A stretch of DNA of 18,569 bases, taken from the NCBI GenBank assembly GCA_000388065.2, contig KB932203.1; one strand, 5' to 3'. Position numbers and translations under genes: made by a program. Source of the stretch: Fonticula alba ATCC 38817 (lineage: Eukaryota > Protista > Nucleariida). This document shows, in pieces, positions 1-9,500 of this stretch. Position 1 is the first letter of the stretch, and each line of letters starts with the position of its first letter. Below the pieces are notes generated by a model. It was not told where the DNA came from, did not search any database, and saw only the letters and a program-made list of their open reading frames with translations.

Positions 1-100
1 TCATGCCAAGAGGTTACTAACCAGGTGGCAGATCACACTGGTACCCTTCGTCAAGCCTCACTCACTTGACTTAGGCTTAACCCGTGTGAACCCTGCTACA
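1..100. other. Lower-GC segment abutting ORF 100..1470; possible end of an inserted repeat or LTR
   Basis: 51/100 G+C by hand count versus ~70% downstream. It ends ...CCCTGCTACA, and CA is the usual LTR 3' dinucleotide. In-frame TGA at 67-69 closes the downstream ORF, whose ATG is made from A100 plus TG101-102. Confidence 0.25.
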
Positions 101-1470
101 TGTTCCATGGCGACTCCTATCTGGAGTTCGTCTGGCTGTCCTGCCGGCCGGCCGGCCCGGGCGAGTCGTGCGTGGTCACCGGGCCGAGCACGCGAGGCAG
201 CGTGTCGGGCCGGGTGCTGCCGCTGGCCCGGCGCCTGGACGCGCGCCACCTGTACGTGACCGACGAGTACCTGATGACGCAGTTCATCCGGGCCAATCCC
301 GAGGACCGGTCGTTGAATTATGTGTGGATCCCGGCGTCGGACTTGCTGCCCCTGCCGGGGGGGTGGATCTTGCAGGTGACCGACAAGGTGCGCGTCAGCG
401 CCGGGCCGATGGGCCTGCTGTTCCACGATGAGCCGCGGTGGATGCCCGACGGCATTCACGGGGCCATGGTGCCGGAGGGGTCGTCCGGCGTCAAGTACCG
501 CGGGATCCTCCTCCCCCGAGGGGCCGAGGCAGGCCCCGGCCAGGAGGCGGACCCCCCGGCCGGGGAGCTGTTCCTGGTGGAGGACATGTGGTCGGCCGCG
601 TGGGATGTCATCCATGTGGCGGGCGGGGTGCCGCCGACCGGGCATGCGCGGTCGCGAGCGGCCGGCACGCGGCAGCACCGGCTCGGCATGCTGCCCCAGG
701 CGCCGCGGCTCGGGCCGGAGGAGCCGCCGCGATCCCGGGTCTTCGGGGTCCGGCTGGCCGGCGGATCGCCCGAGTACCCCAGCGCGCTGGTGCTGCTGTC
801 GAAGAAGTACATCGGCATGTCGGTGCTGTGGTGCCGGCCGGGCGGCCGGGCGGCGTGCGTTCTCCTGCCGGCCACCTTCGCCGACTTGCCGGAGGAGCTC
901 CAGCTCGACGAGCAGGCACCGCTGTGGGTGGAGCCGGTGGTGCACACCCCGGCGCGGGGAACAGTCCATGGGGCCGGCCTGCTGGCCACCCTGCTGACCT
1001 ATTCCCCGGGGGCCGGGCTGGTGTATGTCACCTTGCGGGTGCCCTGCCCGCCGGGGACCGCCGGGCTGTACTGCCTGCCCTGCCACTCGGAGTGTGTGGA
1101 ATGCTGGGCCCCCGGCGACTCGGCCGCATGCACGCAATGCCCCCCGGGGAAGCTGCTGGCCCTTGGGGGGGGCCTGTGCGGGGACACCTGCGCCGGGGAC
1201 GCCATGCCCGGGCAGGGGCCCGCCCAGGGCACCTGTGTGGCCTGCTTGCCGGGCACGGCCGGCAGCGGCTGTGGCCCTTGTGACCCGACATGCCTCGAGT
1301 GCTCGGCCCCCGGGGACCCGTATGCCTGCACAAGCTGCCCGCCGGGGCGGCTGATGTCGGCCAGCACCGGGGCATGCCTGCTTGACTGCTCCCGGGGGAC
1401 CATGCCGGGCATCGGCCTGGCGGCGGGCACGTGCGTTTCGTGTCCGGCCACCTGCCGAGCCGCCCGCTGA
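100..1470 (+). pseudogene. Truncated receptor-ectodomain gene or fragment: uncharacterised extracellular module plus 2-3 furin-like Cys-rich repeats
   Basis: 456-aa ORF. The C-terminal third has furin-like repeats (CLPCHSECVECWAPGDSAACTQCPPG; CGPCDPTCLECSAPGDPYACTSCPPG) of the same type as the large receptor. There is no signal peptide, it starts mid-module, it stops mid-repeat (CVSCPATCRAAR*), and I found no TM exon downstream. Coding origin is well supported; pseudogene versus soluble protein is uncertain. Confidence 0.6.
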
Positions 1471-2886
1471 TGCGGCTCCCGGCTCTCGGGGCACGCATGC
1501 ATTCGCCCTGGCCGGGGCACGGCGACGCACTTGACGGGTCCGTCGCTGGTGGCTGGGCATCGGGCGGTCGCGGTGGCTTTCCCTGTCCCTGTCTCGCCGG
1601 CTGGGCTCACGCTCGCTTATGGGGGGGGGCCGGGCATCGGGCCCACGCCCGGGCCCAGGGTGTTCGGGCAGCAATACACAACTGTCGGCCCGTGACAAAG
1701 GTAGCTCTGTAGGGCAAGAACCCGGGGGGGGGGGGCCGGGTGGCACATTGGTCAGCGTGCCCCCTCACGGCCCGCGGTAAGGCCCACGGTTGTGTGGCCG
1801 CTGGCTTGCATATCGGCCAGCCTCCGGTCGATCGATCCCGGTACCCGGGGCATGGGGCTCGGTACATTCCGGCGGGGGCCCAGTTGGGTTTTCCTCCCGG
1901 CAGCCATGGGTCGGCAAGTGGCTTTTTTCGCGCCGGCGCAGGCTCACCTCCACTCGTCAAGGCCGCTGCAGCGGCGGGCCCTGGGCGGGCATCAGCCGGG
2001 CCCGGCCACAAGAAGGGTAGGCCCGTTGCCGTGGGGGGACCCGGCACCCAGCGCACTCCTGGCAAAGAGGGGCAGGAGCATGGGAGGCAGCGTGTGGCCA
2101 CCATCCGGTCCGGCTCCGAAAGATGATCCAGCGAGGAGGGGCCGTTTTTGGGCGTGTGTTTATTTTCCCGTCGAGTGGGCCGAAAGGGAAACCCGGATGC
2201 CTGCCGAGCTTTGGCGCCCGGCAGGCGGTCTCCGACGCAGGCGTGACCCTTCGCCTGGCGGCACAGGCTCGCCAACCGCCGGGTCGCCGATTCGCGTGCG
2301 AGGATGCCGGCGGCGCGTGGCAACCGACCGTGGGAGGCGACTCGGCGATCGCATGCATCCATCGGGGCGCGCTGGTGCCGGCCGGAGCCGCGGCCTATGT
2401 TTGATGCATGGCCAGGGAGGACGAGTCGGTCCGTGTGCAAGGGAGGTCCTCGGCCCCGGTTGTCCGGAGGTCGCATGGGCTGGCGGCCGACACACCGCCG
2501 TGCGGGGGTGCTTCTGACGGAGGAGGTGCCATGCCGTGTGACCCGCCCACCGGCCGGGCTCGCACACACGCACACATCTGATGAGGCCCTGCCAGTGGAG
2601 ACATAGCGGGGTGCTCCCTGCCGGTCGCGGGTAAACAGCCTGCCACCGCTCGAGGGAGGCGGCGTGGGCCGGGAGCCCCGCTGCCTCGCTGCGGCGCGGG
2701 AGGGGCTTGTGCATGATCCCACGCCGGGAGCCAGTCGGTTTTCTTGTCAAGAAAGACGGGCAAATGAGCATGTGGATGCATTTGCCGCGGGTCAGAGGCT
2801 TGCTCGGGGGGGGGGGGGGGGGTGGGGGGTTATGGGACCCGGGAAAGGGGGCCCGGATTGGGGCGTGGGACAGGGGATGGCATGGG

Positions 2887-4194
2887 TCAGCGAGGTCGGT
2901 CGGGTGGCGTGCCTGCGGGTGAAGTGTCTTGCCGGGCGATGAGGGGCGGATGGCCCGGGGCTGGCCCCGGCGCGCGGAGATAGGGCCCCTCGTCAGGGGG
3001 CGCCCCTCGATGGGGGCTCACCGTGGGGGGGAGCTCGGGGAGCTCCGGCACTAGGGGCTCGCAGTGCCAAAAGGACACACGCCCTCGACCATACTTAGGG
3101 TGAGGCCGCGGGGATGAAAAAAACCCGTGGCGCCTGCGGGTGGCGAGGGCAAGCTCGCACACGATGCTGGTGGAGGGCGGCATGGTGGGCGGGGGGGCCT
3201 CTCATGGGGGACGACGTTCGGCGCCGATGGCCCACCGAGGCTGTGCTTGTCGGGCATGAGACAGCTCTCGGCCGGATGCGAGGGGCTCGCTGCTTCGAAG
3301 AGTGACCAGGAGCCGGACATGTGGGTGGTGCGCCGGGGCGGACGCCACTGCGCGGCGATTCAGATGGGCACACCGGTGGCCTTCGCACTTGTGCGGAGGG
3401 GATTACGCCCTGGCACAAGGTTGGCACTGTGCCGAAGATCCTCCCCCCCCCCCCGGGCAAGAGATGTTGGTCGACGGTGCGGCCCGGGGGCCGGGCGGAC
3501 GCGGGGCCTTTCCCGGGGGCCGCCACACACCCGCATCCGGCCAACGCCGGGGCATCGGCACATACAAAGGGGGACCGCAAGGCCCCGAGGCCCGGGTGCC
3601 AAGCATGCGGGTGGGTGCCCGAGGTCGTGTCCTGGATGGACGGCCTGCCGGGCAGGCTTCGATGCCCGGTAGGCACGGCTCCAGTCGATGATTGACCGGC
3701 GATGGGCAGGGAAAGGCCGCAGCTGCAGGGGCTCGGGGGCACAGCCTGGCTGGGCGGCTTGGGCGAAGGCCGATCCGCAAGATCCAAGATCCCTTGGCCG
3801 AGGGAAGGATGCTGAGGAGCCACCAAGACCGGGGCCAATGTTGTTGCCGGTGACGGCCCCCCGGGCATGACCTGGCGACCCCATGGCAAGGGAATAATAA
3901 TCGCCCGGGCGACGAGCTCCCCATCTCCGGGTATATGGGCACGATCTTGGCCTCTTTGGCCCTGAGGGGGTGCGAGGAGGCCTGGGTGGGCGGCTGGGGA
4001 GGGCTGCACATCCCCGGCCGCGGGCGCTCGCCGGAGGGCACCCGGAGGCTGGGCTCCCGTTCGAGAGGCAGGGCGCGGACGCGCCGCGGCGAGGGCTGGG
4101 TCATCGAGTCCCCAGGGCGGTGTCCTGCAACTGGGGGCACCGCATCGGTGGGTGCCGGGCACAGCGTGCACCGTGCGCCGGGACATGGCTGCAA
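2887..4194 (-). pseudogene. Possible eroded or multi-exon coding sequence, product unknown
   Basis: ORFs 3403..4194 and 2887..3183 share one frame, separated by in-frame stops. Codons 4110->3904 have G/C at 64 of 69 third positions (DSMTQPSPRRVRALPLERE...KEAKIVPIYPEMG). No domain recognised. Confidence 0.3.
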
Positions 4195-5702
4195 AGCGTC
4201 GACCGGCAGCCCGCGGAGCGCGGCCCCGGCCCCGTATGCCGAAGGAAGCCCGCAGACTGGCAGGCAGCCGGAGCCCGGCTTCTAGAATGCCGGTCAGGAG
4301 CCCTTCCAGCCGCAAGCACTCACCCACAGGCAGCGTACCCTTGTGGGAGGGGGGGGGGGGCTTTGTCGATCGGGGAGGTGAGAGGGGGGGGGACGCATGC
4401 GCGGAAGGGATCGGGTCCTGTGACAGCGACAATGAAAGAAGCATGCAAGCAATGCAACAAACCGACATATGCCGGGGTCCACGAGGGGCGGGGGGCGGGG
4501 GGCATCCATCCGGCATGCAGGCGCCGGGGATCACGGAGGCCGGTGCTCGAGCTGCCACATGGGTGGCTGGCTGTGTCGCCCGAAGGTGCGGTGCCAGCCC
4601 GGGAGCATGTCCGATCCCGGCGGGCCGTGGTGGGGGCAATGTGCACCTTGTTTCAAGCATCCCAACATGGTCAGGACACTCGGGATGGGGGAAGGGCGAT
4701 GCCGCCCTCGGGGCCCGATCGCCAGGCCAGGCTTGATACGGAGGGGGGGAAGTTGGGGAAATGCCCGGAAAAAGGCCCTCCCCCCGACGGCGCGCCTCCT
4801 AGTTGGGGGTCCATGCTCGGGGCAGATGCCCGGGGGCTCCTCGTCCGGCCTCGCGCGGGATCGAATGCAGCCGGTTGCCGGGCGTCTTGCCTGCTGGATG
4901 CCTCGTCGGCCCGGGCCGGGGGCCCACAAGAAACCGGGTGTGCGCGAGGGTGGATCCCGGCAGCCCGTCGTCCAAGAGGGTCGCCCATGGGGAAGACAGC
5001 CACCATGTAGACTTGGCGCGAGAGCGGTGATTTCCGCGAGCCCGGCCCCTGTGCTCCGCTGTCCTGGACACTGGGTGTGGGATGGGCCCAGGGCCGATCG
5101 TGGGCTTGCCCGGTTGGGAGGACGACCGGCCGTGGGTGTGATCGTGTCCGACATGTGGCACTTCGGGGGGTGGGCCCGCATGAGCACGCACATGGGCAGG
5201 AATGCCGAGCCGTGCGCCCTCGCGGGCCCCGCCGGTCGGCCCGTGGTTCAGCAACGCGGGGAACCCCCTTCGGGGCCTCTCATCCGCTCGGCACCGGGCG
5301 TCGGTGAATCGGCTCAAGTGCGGCGCCCAGCCCGACACCCCTGCCGGCGGAGGGGCCTCGGAGGGCTTCTTCCTGCAGACCAGTGCTCGGCCCGAACAGC
5401 CCTGCCACCACCCGGCTACTGAGTGGCCCGGCTGGGGTGGTGTTCGCCCGCCGGGGCCAGCCCTCTCCCCCGGGCAAGTGCTTTTTCGCATGCGGCCAGC
5501 CGGCAACTCTGTCTCGGGGCGGGCGGGCGGACGGGCGAGCGGCTTTGCTGCCACTGGGCTCGGAGACAATGGGGTGCCTGCAAGGTGGCGGACATTTTTA
5601 TTGTGCCAAGAAGAGCGAGTCAAGGAAAGAACCGCCAGCAGGCGGCCTGAGATGTCCATGGCCGGGGCAGGCCGAGCGGGGGGGGGGGGATCTCGACAAG
5701 CG

Positions 5703-6442
5703 TCAGTGCCCCGCCAGGCGGGCCAGGTCGGCCGCCACATCGGCGGCGCTCGGGCGGGCTCGGGGATCCCCCACCCATGCCTTTTCATAGACACGGCGGA
5801 AGTCGGGCAGCCATGCCGGCGGGTGGTCCTCGTGGGCGAGCAGGTGAGCTGGGACCACGGCATCCGGGCGCGTGCCTCCGATGACGGCGTGGGTGATTTC
5901 GTCGGCCTCGGCACCTGGAGAGCAACACAGGCAAGCGTGAGACGGGGTGCGGGAGGGGGGCGCGCGGCGGGCCCGGGGAGGGGGCATGGTGGGCATGGCG
6001 GGCAAAGGGGCGCCAATCGAGGGACGAACGCACCGCTCCATGGCTGAACCGGCGCCAGGAGGCTGTAGAGCAGCACCCCGAGGGAGAAAATGTCCACCTT
6101 CAGCTGGGACGCGATGTCATCCTCGGCCGGGGCCAGGGCAAAGGGGACGCCGCGCAGCCGGGCCAGCGTCTCCGGCGGGGCGAAGGGCACACTGCCGGCG
6201 GCCACATTGCCGAGGGTGGGGATGACGGAGAACCGATTGAGCACGAGCGCCACGCCGAAGTCCCCGATGACCGGGCGCAGGTGGCTCGGGTTCTCGGGGT
6301 CCGGCTGGAGGAAGATATTGCCCGGCTTGAGGTCCTTGTGGGCGATGCCGCGGGCGTGGATGAAGGCCACCCCGGCGGCTGGGTCGAGCGGGTCAGTGGT
6401 GGCCCGGGTGCGGCGGACGCGCATGACAGGGGGCAGGAGAGG

Positions 6443-6511
<69 letters not shown>

Positions 6512-9500
6512 CGCACCGATGTCCGCGGCCAGGCGCAGGGCCTGGGCGTGGCCGAAGGCCGACGGCCAGAGCAAGTCCTCCAAATCGCCCGGGTAGTGCG
6601 GCATGATGAGCGCCCGCGTGGGGGCGGCCGTGTAGCCGAGCATGCGGCATACGAAGGGGCACCCGCCGTCCGCCAGGAGGATGCTGCAGAGGGTTGCCGG
6701 GCGAGTGAAAGGTGGCAATGACGCGGGTCGGGTGCGTGTTGGATGGGGCAACATGAGTGAGTGTGTATCTGTGTGTGTGTGTGTGTGTGTATCTGTGTGT
6801 GCGTGTGTGCGTGTGTGCGTGCGTGCGCGTGTGTGCGTGTGTGGGTGTGCGAGGTTCAATGGCACGCACCCGAGGATGGCGATTTCCTGGTCCAGTAGCG
6901 GTTCAAATTGCGTGCGAAAGGGCAAGTCTGAAATCCGAGGGCGCGGACGGGAGGGGGGGGGGGCGAGGCGAGAGCATTGTCAGTGCATGGGCTCCACCAG
7001 AGGAGGCGGCTTGCCCTGTGTGGCTTGGGGCTGTCGCCGGCTTCGACCGGGGCTTCTCTTGGCTGGCGGTGCGGTCACGCACCGGGGGGGACCATCTTGA
7101 CGGCCCCCTCCGAGCCGCCGGCGAGGGTGCACAAGTCGGCACGGAGGAGCGTGCACGGCAGCACCACGGCCTGGGCGCCGCGGCCGAGCTCCTTGCGGGT
7201 ATGCTCGATGCGGTAGTCGAATTCCGGGCTCAGGGTCAGGTGCCCAGGCAGGGAGAGCTCTGCAAGGGGGCATGGGGGGCAGGTCCGCGGGGGAGGTGAG
7301 TTCATTGGCAAGTTCCGGCACGAGCGCAGGGCCAACGACCGGGCATACGCACCGACCATGGTGTTCATGACGGTCAACTCCTCCTGTGGCATGGGGTGCA
7401 TGGCAGGCCCGGCGGGCCGGCCCAAAGGGGCGGCGTGGGGGGGAAGTGCCGGATCCATGCGCAAGAGGGCCGCGGCGGGGGGCGAGGGGGTCCGACCCCG
7501 GGGGCAACCCACCCGGCAAGGGGACACGCGCGTCCGATCCCCGGCGAGTAGCCCAACAGGAGTCCAGCCAAGAGGCGCTCGGTCAGTCGGGGCGGGGAAG
7601 CATACATGCGCGGTCGGACATCGAGCCCATGCGAGCGGGCGGTGCTCCGGCCGACGTACCGGATCGCCGATGCGTTGCATGGGGATGGATTCGGCCCCCT
7701 TGGCGGCCGGCTGCCAGCGACGGTGCCGCCAACACAGGAAGAGCACCAGGCCGGCCAGCATCAGGAGCAGAAGCAGCACCGCGGCCACCGGCACGACGAT
7801 GTACAGGAGGAGGGAGCGCGAGCCTGGACCCATGCCGGGGAGGGGGGGCATGCCGGGGGCGGGTTAGCGGTCGGGCGTGGTGCCCCATGAAAATTCTACC
7901 AACATCGCGAGGAGCCTGCAAGTGTCGAACGTACCGGACTTCGGGCAGCCGCCGGGCAGGCCGCACCCCGGGTCCAGGCAGCCATCGGGCCCCGGGCCGG
8001 AGCACACCTCGCACGACAGGTCGCAGGCGTGGCAATTGAGCCGGTCCTTGTCCGGGGCGAACCACCCGTCGGGGCATGTGGCAATGCATGTGCGCGGCCC
8101 GGTGCCCTGGGGCAGGGCGGCGGTCGGGTGGCGGTCCGACAGGCGGATGGCCCGGAGGTCCGGCTGGCACTGGTCGCAGTCGGCCGGCGCCGCGACACAC
8201 GACAGGCACCCCTCGGCGCAGGGGAGACACCGGGCGGCGGGCATGGCCTGCGAGTGCCAGCCCGCCGGGCACGCCTGCCCCGGGTCGAGGCAGACCCCGA
8301 GGCCGACCAGCAGAAAGCGATCGTCGATGCACCGGTGGCAGGCCGACGGCTCGGGCCCAGTGCATTGGGCACAGTCCGCCGGGCAGGGCTGGCAGATGTC
8401 CCCCCCGGGCGGGGTGGGGTCCGGGCGGAAGAAGCCGGCCGGGCAGGCGACCAGGCAGCCGGTGTCATGGTGGAGCACCCGGCCCGGGCGGCAGGAGGTG
8501 CAATGCTCGGGGCCGGGGCCCTCGGCGCAGGTGGCGCAGTCCGGATGGCAGGCCAGGCACCGGGCCGGGAAGAGGGCCACCGGGTACTCGCCCTCGGAGC
8601 AGCTGGTGACGCAGGTGCCGGGCTCGGTGCCGAGATGGCGGCCGGCCGGGCAGGAGGTGCAAAAGTCCGGGCCGAGCTCGCACTGGGCGCATGCCGGGTC
8701 GCATGCCAGGCACTGGGCCCCGTGCGGGAGGAAGCCCCGGCCGCATGTCGCCACGCACCCATGCGCCGGGTGCTGGACCAGGTCCCCGGTGCAGCGGGAG
8801 CATTGGTGGCTGGCGGTGCCGGTGCACTGGCGGCAGTAGGGCCCGCAGGGGGTGCAACTTTGCTCGGCATCGGGGAAGGTGCCGGCCGGGCAGGCCGCCA
8901 CACAGGCGCCGGCCCACAAGCCGGGCCTGGGCGCCGCGCAGGCGGTACACTGGTCGGCCGCCGGGCCGGCGCACGCGGCGCACGTGGCGTCGCAGGGGAC
9001 ACAGGTGCCCGACAGCGAGGCGGTGCCCGGCGGGCAGGCGGCCAGACAGCGGCTCTGGTGGAAGACATCCGTTCGGCGGCAATGCTGGCACTGGTCGGGC
9101 CCGGGCCCGGAGCAGGTCAGGCATGAGGCATCGCACGCGTGGCACGCCTGGCCCTCCGGGAAGAACCCATGCAGGGGGCAGGCGTCGCGGCAGAACCCCC
9201 GGTCCAGGAGGAAGCCCGCCGGGCAGGCGGTGCAGGCATTGGCCCGGTGGCCGGAGCACTGGGCACAGGTGGCGTGGCAGGGCAGGCAGCCCCCGTCATC
9301 CGGGTGGGGGTAGGTGCCGGGCGGGCAGGCATCGGCACACTGGCCGGCTGGGGTGAGGCTCCAGCCGGGCAGGCACATGAGGCACTGGTTGGCATTGGTC
9401 GGGTCGCATGCCTGGCAGCCGGGGACATTGCACGGGCAGTCGGGACAGTCGGCCGGCAGGCAGGTCCCCTCCGGCTGGAGCAGCCAGCCCTCCGGGCAGG

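Larger units (their letters stand above)
5703..7200 (-). other. Protein kinase domain (exons 5-9)
   Basis: Gly-loop ELGRGAQAVV (~7163-7191), AVK (7096-7104), alphaC LDQEIAIL, CPFVCRMLGY...LIMPHYPGDL, catalytic HKDLKPGN (6317-6340), DFG (6254-6262), GSVPFAPPE, KVDIFSLG and subdomain XI DPRARPSA. DLKPxN indicates Ser/Thr specificity. Confidence 0.93.

Noticed and set aside
15-24. TACTAAC-CAG, a perfect branch point plus acceptor on the plus strand
   Set aside because: An exon starting at 25 hits TGA (67-69) in the frame of ORF 100..1470, so it cannot supply that ORF's 5' end without a further intron that I cannot see.
1431-1473. GTGCGT donor at 1431, or TGA readthrough/selenocysteine at 1468-1470, extending ORF 100..1470
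   Set aside because: The Cys pattern continues through the putative donor, no downstream TM exon is found, the TGA is not at an expected Cys position, and the following sequence is not furin-like.
58-1746. 562-aa minus-strand ORF
   Set aside because: Antisense shadow of ORF 100..1470 with no recognisable motif.
3560-3960. Possible LINE reverse-transcriptase fossil: KEAKIVPIY (~3955-3931) and, ~86 codons later in another frame, IDWSRAY, resembling WKxAxIVPIxK and DFSKAFD
   Set aside because: No convincing YRPISL, QxGF, GVPQG or YADD at the expected spacing, and the upstream sequence is Pro/Ser-rich rather than RT-like. A frameshift-aware RVT_1 profile search would settle it; a significant hit would reverse this.
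6317-6340. Receptor tyrosine kinase call, suggested by the furin repeats
   Set aside because: The catalytic loop is DLKPGN (Ser/Thr type), not DLAARN or DLRAAN.
4799-6925. 708-aa ORF read as a kinase with poly-Pro and His/Thr repeats
   Set aside because: It runs through two stop-free introns, leaves the true frame after subdomain IX and continues into the 3' flank. The poly-Pro and THTH tracts are intronic repeats.
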